From positions 12,555 to 76,554 of the forward strand of contig CAVTUQ010000043.1 in NCBI GenBank assembly GCA_963737905.1: 64,000 bases of DNA. Direction: 5' to 3'. The position numbers and the translations under genes are program-made. Position 1 is the first letter of the stretch. Every line of letters starts with the position of its first letter. The DNA comes from an uncultured delta proteobacterium (GTDB lineage: Bacteria > Desulfobacterota > Binatia > UBA9968). The notes below the pieces were generated by a model. It searched no databases and had not been told where the DNA came from. It saw only the letters and a program-made list of their open reading frames with translations. Positions 42,070 to 53,822 of this stretch are shown piece by piece.

Positions 42070-43448
42070 ACTTGTACTCTTCCAGCTTGCGGTACAAGGT
42101 GGTTCGGTCCACACCCAGAGTTTTGGCAGCTTCGGTTTTGTTCCCATGGACGGTTTCCATGACTCGCATGATATATTCTTTTTCCAAATCCCTGAGAGTG
42201 TAGGATTTTGCAAGCGCCTCGGCCACCGGGAGGACGTTGTCGTTGCGTGCGACCAGCGAAGGCGGCAAGGTCTTGCAAACCGATCCGCGGCTCTTTGCCG
42301 AGAAGTACCGCCCTTTCTATGGTGTGTTCCAGCTCTCTGACGTTTCCCGGCCAGTGATAGTTCGTGAGGGCACTAAGGGCTTCCGGCTCGATGCCATCCA
42401 GTTGCCGTTGAATCTGGCCGCTAAATTTTCGCATGAAGTGCTCGATCAGAATTGGAATATCTTCCGCTCTCTCGCGCAGCGGCGGCAGATCAATTCGGAT
42501 TACGTTGAGCCGGTAGTAGAGATCCTGCCGGAAGCGGCCTTCCTGAACCAGACGCTCCGGATCGCGGTTACAAGCCGAAACCAACCGGGCGTCGATCTTC
42601 TCCCCGTGGTTTGCTCCCAAGGGTCTCACTTCTTTATCCTCGATCACCCGCAGCAGTTTGGCCTGTAGATTGAGCGGAATCTCGCTGATTTCGTCGAGAA
42701 ACAGGACGCCACCGTGAGCTGCGCTAAACAACCCGCGTCGATCCTTCCGGGCGTCGGTAAAAGCGCCGCGCACGTAACCGAAAAGTTCGCTCTCCAAAAG
42801 CGTCTCCGGGATCGCAGCGCAGTTGATAGGAATAAACGATTTTGTGGCCCGACCGCTGTGTTGATGAATCGCCCGGGCGATCATTTCCTTGCCGGTTCCG
42901 CTTTCCCCCACGATGAGGACGTTGACAGCAAGATCGCTTACGTGAGCGACGAGCTCAAAGGTTTCCCGCATCCTTGCGCTCTGACCGATGATATTTTCAA
43001 ATCCATAGTGACTGTGGACTTGCTTGCGCAGCCTTTCAACTTCGCTCTGCAGGCTGCGTTGCTCTAGAGCGCGGCTGACCTGAAGCAGGATTTCATCTGT
43101 GTGAAACGGCTTGGTCACATAATGGAACGCGCCTGCGTGCATGGCTTCCACCGCGCTTTCGATACTGCCAAAGGCCGTGATCAAAAGAACCAAGGCATGA
43201 GCATCGATCTCTCTAAGCTGTTTCACCAGTTCCGTTCCCCTCATGCGCGGCATCATAAGGTCGGTAATGGTTAAATCAAAGCTATCCGCTCGGTATCTTT
43301 CCACCGCCGAGGCACCGTCGTGAACCGTTTCGACGACGTAGCCCTCCTCGCCCAATAAATCGGCAAGGAACTGACACATCTCGCGATCGTCATCAACGAC
43401 GAGAATCTTGGCCGGGTTGGTGGTTTCCTGTTTGATTCCGGGAGTCAT
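42059..43448 (-). CDS. Sigma54-dependent response regulator (NtrC/ZraR/AtoC family), frameshift near 42269
   Basis: REC domain (VVDDD, TDLMMP), GESGTGKE, ELFG..GAFTDA, WPGNVREL; Fis-type HTH in ORF 42059..42268. Confidence 0.92.
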
Positions 43449-44982
43449 TGGAGGTCTCGCTGTGGTAGCTCGTTTGCTTCAGTTGTTCTGCAGGAAGGTA
43501 AATTATGAAGCGGGTGAAACGGCCGGGATCGCTTTCAACGTGAATATCACCGCCATGCTCCTGGATGATACCGTAAGTCACGGACAAACCTAGGCCGGTG
43601 CCCTCACCGATGTCCTTGGTGGTGAAAAAGGGATCAAATACACGACCGATATGCTCGGGGTCGATCCCGGTGCCGTTATCTTCGAATGAGATTCGCAGCC
43701 AACGACCGGGCGCAACCGAAGCCTTAGCCAGACCGCGATCGGTGATCTTCACGCCGATCTTGATCAAGCCGCCCGGACCTAACGCCTGGAGCGAGTTCGA
43801 ATAGAGATTGATAAACACTTGCTGGAGCAGATCGGGATCGGCATTGATTTTAGGTAGGTTGTTGAAACCCTCTGTTTCAACTCGGATATCTTTCTCGCGG
43901 AGCTGGTGTGCCAAAAGATATTTCACGTTGTCCAGCAGAGCTTGTAGATCGACAGGCTTAAAAACCGGTTCTCTGCGCCGGGAAAACTCCAGGAGCTGGC
44001 GGACGATAGCTGCGATGCGGTCGCTCTGGGAGCGGATGACAGCCAGATTATCCTTAAGCTCTTCGAGACTCCGGGGTCGACGCAAAAGATATTCGGATCG
44101 TCCGCCGATGATGTTGAGGGGCGTGCCGATTTCGTGCGCCAGACCTGCCGCTAGCCGTCCCACTGAGGCCAGCCGTTCAGTGTGACGGAGCTCCTGCTCG
44201 AGCCTGAGCTTCTCCTGTTGCTCCTCCAAGAGCCGGGCGTCACTCTCTTGTAGCTGACGGCACATGAGGTTAAATTCTCGAGCCAGCGAAGCGACTTCGT
44301 CATGGCCCTTTATTTCGATGCTTTGCTCCCGTTGGCCTTGAGCCATCTCTTTAATGCGGTGAATCAGTTGGTTAATTGGCCGGGTTACGCTGCGGCGCAC
44401 CAAAATCAGGACCAGAAGCGAGAGAAGAGCGACTAACACGGCCGCTGTCGCCAGAATTCGGTTGCGCCGCTGCTCAATGGTGGCGAAGGTTCCGTATCCC
44501 TGGCGAGCGAGCACGAATGCTCCCACAAGGTGATTGCTCGAGTCGACAATCCCTTCTATTCGATAGTAGATCAAATTCCTGTGCTCCTGAATATAACCGT
44601 CGATTCCGTTGCCGCTCTGTAGAACGGGTCGGGGATCTAATTTTGTGATGGGAGTCGGATCCAGCTCTGGAAAATCCGTCCCATACCGCATCGAGGCCGA
44701 ATGGGCCACGGGCTTTCCCGATAGATCGTAGACTATGACTCCGTGGATATTGCCCCTCGGCGCCGCGGTGTCGATGAATTGCTGCACGGTACGGAGGTCC
44801 ACCTTGTCGGCGAGTGTACGGCTCAACCCCGCCTGCAAAACCCGGGAGAAGCCACGCATCCCTATGCTTAGCTCTCGCTTAATACTTTCTTGATCCTGTT
44901 GAATGCTTAGGTAGCCGTGCACCGTCATGATCAGAATGATGACGGCGACCAGAGAAATGATGAGTTTGGTCCCAAGATTCAT
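43393..44982 (-). CDS. Membrane sensor histidine kinase (periplasmic domain, HAMP, HisKA, HATPase)
   Basis: Two TM segments flanking a ~150-aa periplasmic domain; AHEIGTPL, EDNGTGI, FDPFFTTK, GTGLGL. Confidence 0.93.
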   Translation of the reverse strand: MNLGTKLIISLVAVIILIMTVHGYLSIQQDQESIKRELSIGMRGFSRVLQAGLSRTLADKVDLRTVQQFIDTAAPRGNIHGVIVYDLSGKPVAHSASMRYGTDFPELDPTPITKLDPRPVLQSGNGIDGYIQEHRNLIYYRIEGIVDSSNHLVGAFVLARQGYGTFATIEQRRNRILATAAVLVALLSLLVLILVRRSVTRPINQLIHRIKEMAQGQREQSIEIKGHDEVASLAREFNLMCRQLQESDARLLEEQQEKLRLEQELRHTERLASVGRLAAGLAHEIGTPLNIIGGRSEYLLRRPRSLEELKDNLAVIRSQSDRIAAIVRQLLEFSRRREPVFKPVDLQALLDNVKYLLAHQLREKDIRVETEGFNNLPKINADPDLLQQVFINLYSNSLQALGPGGLIKIGVKITDRGLAKASVAPGRWLRISFEDNGTGIDPEHIGRVFDPFFTTKDIGEGTGLGLSVTYGIIQEHGGDIHVESDPGRFTRFIIYLPAEQLKQTSYHSETSNDSRNQTGNHQPGQDSRR

Positions 44983-45102
44983 TTAGATGTTTGGTCCATA
45001 AGCAGCAATCATCATACCGAGAATTGAGCGCAAAAAAACAATGCCAGATCGTTAAGAAATCAGCTCTATCCCAATGGGTATTGACTTAACCGACCGATGA
45101 TT

Positions 45103-45139
45103 TGTTGCAATCTACTGCGCCGCGTGGCGATTTGCAACG
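45103..45139. promoter_or_regulatory. Putative upstream activator sites for the sigma54 promoter
   Basis: TGTTGCAATCTAC and GTGGCGATTTGCAAC (outer inverted GTTGCAA...TTGCAAC), about 150-190 bp upstream of the -24 box. Confidence 0.5.
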
Positions 45140-45290
45140 CGAATAAAAACACGCAAATTTAATAAGTTAGCCTTAACTGAAGGCTTAGGGCTACAAAAGA
45201 TCCGAGTTGCCGTGTGAGGCGCCGAAGGGGAGATCGGTGAGAAGTCTTAGAATTCCCAGATGATTTTAGTTTTGAGCTGGCGATAATTGA

Positions 45291-45305
45291 TGGCACACAG
45301 CTTGC
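45291..45305 (+). promoter_or_regulatory. Sigma54 -24/-12 promoter
   Basis: TGGCAC-ACAGC-TTGC, exact TGGCAC-N5-TTGC consensus. Confidence 0.88.
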
Positions 45306-45357
45306 GGTATAGCCATTCATTAGTTCAATGGAATTCAGTGAAAGGAGGTGAAAAAAA

Positions 45358-45483
45358 ATGAAAAAGTTCGCAATTGCATTGGCCATCGTTTTGGGTCTCG
45401 TTAGCTCAATCGTTAGCCTATCCGCCCCGGTAAGTTATGCGCAGGAGGAGCCGGAGCCGAAGCCAGACAAGCCAGGTGATTAA
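45358..45483 (+). CDS. 41-aa secreted peptide precursor (not in ORF track): MKKFAIALAIVLGLVSSIVSLSAPVSYA|QEEPEPKPDKPGD
   Basis: RBS AAAGGAGGTG, classic Sec signal peptide (KK, hydrophobic core, Pro turn, SYA), stop TAA, own promoter and terminator. Confidence 0.8.
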   Translation: MKKFAIALAIVLGLVSSIVSLSAPVSYAQEEPEPKPDKPGD

Positions 45484-45508
45484 GGATCGACCAGGCGCAC
45501 TATCCCTC

Positions 45509-45547
45509 ATAGATAAGGGGATGATACATCCCCTTATCTATATTTTT
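45509..45547 (+). terminator. Rho-independent terminator of the peptide gene
   Basis: ATAGATAAGGGGATG-ATA-CATCCCCTTATCTAT (15-bp stem) followed by ATTTTT. Confidence 0.85.
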
Positions 45548-45591
45548 GTCCGGAGCATATCGAAACGCACAAAGTAGGTCGATAACCGAGG

Positions 45592-45882
45592 TTAACGCTT
45601 TACAAAAAAAGTTTGAAATTCTCCCCTTGAAGCTTCCCACTCTGTGCTAACGTCTTTGACCTGTGCTCCCGGTGGTCCGCTCCGGCACCAGCGGATCAGC
45701 TTTTCCAGTTCTTCTCTTTCTCCTTCGGCAACGACCTCTACGGAGCTATCGGGACAGTTCATCACCCACCCGGTTACACCCAGCCGTCGGGCTTGCTCCA
45801 CCGTTGATGCGCGGAAGTAGACCCCCTGGACCCTGCCGTTGATCTTTAAATGGACACGCACTGGGTCTTTCATCGCCGCCAT
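45592..45882 (-). CDS. acyP: Acylphosphatase
   Basis: GRVQGVYFR, GWVMN, VEVVAEG, GPPGAQV. Confidence 0.92.
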   Translation of the reverse strand: MAAMKDPVRVHLKINGRVQGVYFRASTVEQARRLGVTGWVMNCPDSSVEVVAEGEREELEKLIRWCRSGPPGAQVKDVSTEWEASRGEFQTFFVKR

Positions 45883-45945
45883 TTTTGCTCGGCTGTTCTC
45901 ATATCTTACCTACCCAACCACCGCAACTGTTCATACCGAATAGAT

Positions 45946-45975
45946 TTGACAACCGGCCCACTCCTTAGATAGTCT
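45946..45975 (+). promoter_or_regulatory. Possible sigma70 promoter for the RRM gene
   Basis: TTGACA-N18-TAGTCT. Confidence 0.4.
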
Positions 45976-46114
45976 TACGCCCATTTGAAAGGGTCATTTT
46001 ACCGAAGAGCATGCCGAGAGATTGGCTCCTGCTGATGAGACCGTTTGCGGCCCTGCCCTTTGGGTAAGCGATCCCGAAAATGTAGCGTTTCTAGGCGCAA
46101 CTAGGAGGGCTAAT

Positions 46115-46423
46115 ATGGGAGCAAAGCTATACGTGGGAAATCTTCCCTACTCGGTGACCGAAGAGCGGCTCCAGCAACACTTCGCTCAGCACGGCTCCGT
46201 GGTGAGCGCTCGGATCATCACTGATAAATTCAGTGGAAGATCCAAGGGGTTCGGTTTCGTGGAAATGAGTTCCGATCAAGAGGCTGAACGGGCGACAGCT
46301 GCCCTCAACGGCACGGATTTTGAGGGGAGAAACATTGTCGTCAGTGAAGCGCGGCCCCAACAACAGCGAGCCCCAGGACCGATGGGTGGAGGAGGCAGGC
46401 CACCGCGCGGTAATCGCTACTAA
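46115..46423 (+). CDS. RRM (RNP-1) RNA-binding protein with Gly/Arg-rich tail
   Basis: LYVGNL (RNP2), KGFGFVEM (RNP1); RBS AGGAGG before ATG 46115. Confidence 0.93.
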   Translation: MGAKLYVGNLPYSVTEERLQQHFAQHGSVVSARIITDKFSGRSKGFGFVEMSSDQEAERATAALNGTDFEGRNIVVSEARPQQQRAPGPMGGGGRPPRGNRY

Positions 46424-46424
46424 G

Positions 46425-48485
<2,061 letters not shown>

Positions 48486-48552
48486 TCACAAAAAACTTAG
48501 CATAAGTCGAACATCGAATGAAGTTCGAGCGAAGCTACATTGACCGTCTCGG

Positions 48553-50322
48553 GTGAGTATGTTAACCCTTTCACTGATGGGTAAACGTTCTAGGTGGAGG
48601 GTTGCTTTACTCCTGATTCTATCAGGTTGTGCCTCCGCTATGCCCGAAGTCAAAACGCCCCCCGAAGCCCCCGTTTGGACCCCCGAGGCGCCATTCGCGA
48701 GTGACGCAAAGATCGAGATTCCCCCCGAAGCAGCCGGCTTGTTTCACTTCCTCAAGGGGCAGTTGTTGCTGGGACAAGGTGAATTCGATGAGGCGTTAAA
48801 GGAATTTGAAGCCGCGGCGCAAGCCAACCCGGGTGACTCCTTTTTGCATTTTCGCTTGGCTACTCTTTACCTCAGAAAAGGAGATCTCAAAAAGGCTGTA
48901 GCGGAAGCGGAAATAGCCGTTCGCACGGATCCCAAAGGTGTCGACAATCATCTCCTTCTTGCCGGCCTGTACTCTTCTCTCGGAGAAAACCAGAAAGGCA
49001 TCATTGAATACACCGAAGTTCTTAAACTGGATCCCAAGAACCAAGAGGCGATGCTCTATCTGGGAGCGCTTTATCTGCAGCTTGAAGACTACGAACGGGC
49101 GAACAAAAATCTTGAAGAACTCCTGAAACTGGAGCCGAATTCCGTCCTTGGACACTATTATCTCGGCCGCGTGCGCGCGAAAAGCAAGCTGTACCTGGCG
49201 GCCGAGCAAAGTTATCGAAAAGCTCTGGAGTTGAACCCGAAGTCTGAAGCGGTGCTGATGGATCTCGCCCTGGTGTACGAACTCGAAGGCAAGACCGAAG
49301 AAGCTATCCAAACCTATCAACGCTTGTTGCAAGTTAATCCAAAAAGCGTCTGGTCGCGGAAACGGTTGGGCGAGCTGTACGTCGGCCAGAATAAGCTAGA
49401 CGAAGCTCTAAGCCAATTTCAAAGGCTCGAGAGTGCCGAAGTAGACCCGCGGGAAACCCGCATCAAGATTGGCCTGATCTACTATGAAAAAGGCGACTTC
49501 GAACGCGCTGCGACGGAATTTAATCTTGTGCTGGCGGGTGACGCGGAGAACGACCGGGCCCACTACTACCTCGGCGCGACCTACGCAGAAATGAAGTCCG
49601 ACGACAAAGCTCTGGAGGAGTTTTTGCGGGTGCCGGAGAAGAGCGAGTTGTTTGTCGATGCGCGCGTCCAGGCGGCTTATCTCTATGACCGGCGGGATCA
49701 AACCCAAAAGGCCATCGAAGCGGTGCAGTCGGCGCTCCAAAAAAAGAATGATCAAAAAGAAATTTTCGGTTTACTCGCCTCGCTCTATCGAAAGCAAAAA
49801 GACTACCCCAAGGCGATCGAAGCCATGGAGCGCGTGATTGTGTTGGATTCCAGGAACGACCAGGCGCACTTCCAGCTTGGCGCTCTCTATGACGAAAATA
49901 AGAACAAAGAGAAATCCATCGCCAACATGAAAAAAGCCATCGAGCTCAATCCCCAGAACGCGGCGGCGTTGAATTATCTCGGCTACACCTGGGCCGAGAT
50001 GGGAATGCATCTCGAAGAAGCAGAAATCTTGATCCAGCGGGCGCTGAAGATCGAGCCCAACGACGGGTTCTATATCGACAGTCTGGGCTGGGTTTATTAC
50101 CAGAAGGGGGATTACAATCAAGCCGTAGAGCTTCTCGAACGGGCCGTGGAGATCACAGTGGACGATCCCACCATCATCGAACATCTCGCCGACGCCTACG
50201 AAAAGGCCGGCAAAACGGACCGGGCGCTCGCCCGTTACCGCGAGGCGCTTAAGAAATCGAAGGAAGACGGGCAAGTCAAGCGCATCCGGGAAAAAATCCA
50301 GCGTGTGGAGAGAAAAATTTGA
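48553..50322 (+). CDS. TPR-repeat lipoprotein
   Basis: Lipobox LSGC; many TPRs; ALNYLGY, DSLGWVYY, EHLAD typical of the TPR gene upstream of lolB; start may be 48577. Confidence 0.88.
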   Translation: MSMLTLSLMGKRSRWRVALLLILSGCASAMPEVKTPPEAPVWTPEAPFASDAKIEIPPEAAGLFHFLKGQLLLGQGEFDEALKEFEAAAQANPGDSFLHFRLATLYLRKGDLKKAVAEAEIAVRTDPKGVDNHLLLAGLYSSLGENQKGIIEYTEVLKLDPKNQEAMLYLGALYLQLEDYERANKNLEELLKLEPNSVLGHYYLGRVRAKSKLYLAAEQSYRKALELNPKSEAVLMDLALVYELEGKTEEAIQTYQRLLQVNPKSVWSRKRLGELYVGQNKLDEALSQFQRLESAEVDPRETRIKIGLIYYEKGDFERAATEFNLVLAGDAENDRAHYYLGATYAEMKSDDKALEEFLRVPEKSELFVDARVQAAYLYDRRDQTQKAIEAVQSALQKKNDQKEIFGLLASLYRKQKDYPKAIEAMERVIVLDSRNDQAHFQLGALYDENKNKEKSIANMKKAIELNPQNAAALNYLGYTWAEMGMHLEEAEILIQRALKIEPNDGFYIDSLGWVYYQKGDYNQAVELLERAVEITVDDPTIIEHLADAYEKAGKTDRALARYREALKKSKEDGQVKRIREKIQRVERKI

Positions 50323-51161
50323 TCCCGCGTCGGTTGGCGACGCAAGGCGCTCTCGGAAAAATAGCGGGACGGGTTCTATTGGCAGTCATCACAGCGGCGA
50401 TGGTTGGCTGCTCCACCGCTACCCGCCAAATCCCGTTACCCACAGAGCTTGATTTGGGACAGCCGCCTATCACCGGCTGGACCGTTGACAAGTTAGCCGC
50501 TATCCTCGTCCACAGAGACCAAACATTTCAGTCGTTGCGCTCCCTCGCATCGGTTCACTATCGCGGGCCTGAGGGAAACCAAGGATTCCGGGAGGCCATC
50601 CTGGTCCAAAGACCCGACAAAGTACGGTTGGAAACGCTGACGCTCCTGGGGGCCATCCTAATCGTGACGGTGAATGTGGATCAGATTGCCGGATTTCATC
50701 CAAGGGAAGGGCTCTATCTTAGGGGCAAGAGCTCCAAGGAGAATCTTTTTCGCTACACCGGTATTCCCTTGGAGCTTCATGAAATGACCCGTCTCTTAAT
50801 CGGGTTGCCGCCGGTAATGAATTCTGCCGATTGGCAGATCAGCGGTAGTGCGCTTTACCGGGAACTCAACGGGCGGGGAAAAGAGATAGTAGTATTTGAT
50901 CTCACTCGTGAAGTCCCGATTCGGTGGTACCGCTTAGGTCCGGACGGAAGCTCCGAGCTAAGCGCAGCCTTTGAGAATTTTTCCTCTACCCCAGCGGGTC
51001 TGTTTCCTTCGAAGATAACCTTAGAAGCAGCGGATCAAAAACGGTTCTTGGAAATTGTCTATCAGGAACCAGAGGTAAACGTCGAAATTGCGCCTTCGCT
51101 CTTTGTTCAAGAAAAGCCGGCCAACGCGAAAGAAGTACCTATCGAGGCGCTGGAGAGATGA
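50319..51161 (+). CDS. LolB/DUF4292-like lipoprotein
   Basis: Lipobox MVGC; RPDKVRLE motif; overlaps the TPR gene stop. Confidence 0.65.
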   Translation: MIPRRLATQGALGKIAGRVLLAVITAAMVGCSTATRQIPLPTELDLGQPPITGWTVDKLAAILVHRDQTFQSLRSLASVHYRGPEGNQGFREAILVQRPDKVRLETLTLLGAILIVTVNVDQIAGFHPREGLYLRGKSSKENLFRYTGIPLELHEMTRLLIGLPPVMNSADWQISGSALYRELNGRGKEIVVFDLTREVPIRWYRLGPDGSSELSAAFENFSSTPAGLFPSKITLEAADQKRFLEIVYQEPEVNVEIAPSLFVQEKPANAKEVPIEALER

Positions 51162-53677
51162 CCAGGAGGGCTCGCATCTCGGTACTGCTCGTGCTGTTGG
51201 TCTTGCTGGGTGGAGGCGCCTATTTCACCTTGAAGTCAGGAGTCCGCTCGGCAAAGCCGGCGATCACGGTGCGCGCGGCTTCCCAATCTCCGCGCCTGGG
51301 CGCGTGGGTTGACGAGGTGGTATTTCGCGAAGAGGCCGACCGGGCCAAGGCCATCAATATGTTCGAGGCCGGCGAGATCGATGTATACGGATTAGGCATA
51401 ACCGACCCTGAACTTTACCGTAGAATACAAGCTTCACGAGTCATCCAGTACGAGATATCCTACGGCTCCAGTTCCGAATTGACGTTCAACCCTGTCGGGC
51501 CCACCTTCCCCAAGACGGGCGAACTGAATCCGTTTCACGTCCCCGCAATTCGTGAGGCGATCAACTGGCTCATTGACCGCGACTACATTGCCGAGGAGAT
51601 TTACGGGGGCCTCGCGGTTCCGAGATACCTGCCGCTGACCACTGCTTTTCCCGACTACGCCCGCTTGGCCGACGTGGCCCGCCGGCTGGAACTCCGTTAC
51701 TCTTTCGATCCGGATAAGGCGAAACCGATCATTGCCAAGGAGATGGCGAAACTCGGCGCGCAGCTGGTCAACGAGAAATGGCATTATCGAGGAAAGCCGG
51801 TACGGCTTAATTTCCTTATCCGTACCGAAGACCAGCGGCGGGAGATAGGAGACTACGTAGCGACGCTCTTAGAGAACGTAGGCTTTGTGGTTGACCGCCA
51901 GTACAAAACGGCCGCCGAGAGTTCTCCGATCTGGATCGGCGGCAACCCGGCGGACGGCCGTTGGCACATCTACACCGGTGGCTGGGTCTCGTTGGCGATC
52001 GATCGCGATCAAGCGGATATGTTTAATGGCTACTATACGCCTCGGGGACGGCCGGACCCGCTTTGGCAAGCATATAAGCCGAGCCCAAGACTCGACAAGG
52101 TCGCTGAGATCCTCGACCGGCGAGATTACAACACGTGGGAAGAGCGCAAAGAGCTAATGACCGAGGCGCTGAAGCTTGCGATGGAAGACTCAGTTCGGGT
52201 CTGGCTGGCGGACGTCGTATACGTATGGCCGCGCCGCAAGGAGGTGGTTTTGGCGGCCGATCTTGCCGGCGGTATATCCGGCTCGGCGCTCTGGCCCTAC
52301 ACGATCCGGTTTGATGAGGGAACCGGCGGCCGGGTGAATTTCGCCAATCCGAGTATGCTGACGGAGCCCTGGAACCCGGTGGCGGGAAGCAACTGGATCT
52401 TCGACAACCTCATCACGCGCGGTACCCAGGACTTACCTGCTTTCCCCGACCCGTTCACGGGGCTGTTTTGGCCGCAGCGAATGAAATCAGCAGAAGTCTA
52501 TGTCGAGAAGGGGCTTCCCGTTACCAAGACCCTTGATTGGCTTACGTTAAACTTCGTTCCATCCATCGATGTCCCACGGGACGCATGGGTCGATTGGGAC
52601 GCTGCTGGCGAACGCTTCATCACCGTGGGAGAGATGCATCCTAAAGGCCTGAGAGCACGAACCAAGACGGTGGTGCGCTACGCCGATGACATCTGGGAGA
52701 GGAGATGGCACGACGGCAGCAAGGTTTCTTTGGCGGATTTTATGTTTTCTTTCATCCTTGGCTTTGACCGGGCCAATCCGAAAAGCCCAATTTTCGACGA
52801 GGCCGCGGTGCCGGCTTTAAGAACGTTTATGAGCCACTTTCGGGGCGCACGCATCCTCGAAAAAAATCCGCTGGTGGTGGAGATCTACAGTGATCAGATC
52901 TTTCCGGATGCGGAGTCGATCGCTGCCACGCGCGCCGCAGACTTTTACACCAATGTTCCCTGGCACGAGCTGGCGCTTGGGGTACTGGCGGAAAGAAATA
53001 GAGAGTTGGCTTTTTCCGCCTCCAAGGCGGACCGTCTTAGAGTTCAGTGGCTGAGCTATATCAGTGGGCCGAGTCTGGCGGTCCTGGACCGCCAGCTCGC
53101 CGCTGCGCTCAAAGAGGGCTTCATACCGTACCGGAACACGCTTGGCGAATACGTGAGCGTGCCGGAAGCGACGGAAAGATATGAAAAGCTGCGCGCCTGG
53201 CGGCAAGCGAGGAAACATTTCTGGGTTAGCAATGGGCCATTCTATCTCTACTCGGTCCATCCGGTGGAGAAGATCGTGGTTATCAGGAGATCCGAATCGT
53301 TCTCCGACCCGGCGGATAAATGGGTGCGTTTTGTAGAGCCACGGATCGCCGACGTCGAAGTCTCGGGTCCAAGAATCGTCAAAGTCGGATCACCCGCAGA
53401 GTTTCAAGTGCAGGTGACCTTTCAAGGGAAAGCCCTATCCGACGAGGGACGTGGAGTTCGTCCGCTTCATGCTGTTCGATTCTCGTGGGGAACTGGTTGA
53501 GTTGGCCAACCCCGAGCCCGCTGGCGATGGCATGTGGCGTATCGTGCTCAACTCGAAACAAACGGCGCGTCTATCACCGGTTCCAGCCGGCTTGAATTGG
53601 CGGTGACCTCCCGAGTGGTGGCTTTGCCTTCGTTCAAGACATTTCGATTCGTGACCGTAGGGCAAGAAGTCGGTTAG
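51158..53677 (+). CDS. Large family-5 (peptide/oligosaccharide) ABC substrate-binding protein, frameshifts near 53430 and 53573
   Basis: N-terminal TM anchor, LNPF..IREAINWLIDRDYI, PWNPVAGSNW; C-terminus reconstructed across frames to TAG 53677. Confidence 0.82.
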
Positions 53678-53708
53678 GCGTAATGGAAAAAGTGAAGACG
53701 ACACACAA

Positions 53709-53793
53709 ATCGAGGATGGAGGATCGATGATCGAGGATGGAAAGATGGACGATCGAAGATCGCGATCCTCTATCCTCAATCTTCGATCCTCGA
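53709..53793. repeat. Heptamer tandem repeats in inverted arrangement
   Basis: ATCGAGG/ATGGAGG-type units followed by ATCCTCG/ATCCTCT-type units. Confidence 0.7.
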
Positions 53794-53822
53794 AAAGTTC
53801 TCTACCTGACGGTTGAACAGCC

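Noticed and set aside
42755-42780. GAFTDA instead of GAFTGA as a sign of a sigma54-independent regulator
   Set aside because: The key Phe-Thr is retained, GAFTDA is a common natural variant, and a consensus sigma54 promoter lies next to the operon
45159-45386. 75-aa minus-strand ORF
   Set aside because: Antisense to the sigma54 promoter and peptide gene, with no recognisable features
46032-46085. Hammerhead ribozyme (CTGATGA...CGAAA core present)
   Set aside because: Stem II pairs only at its first base and no stem I can be formed around a UH cleavage site
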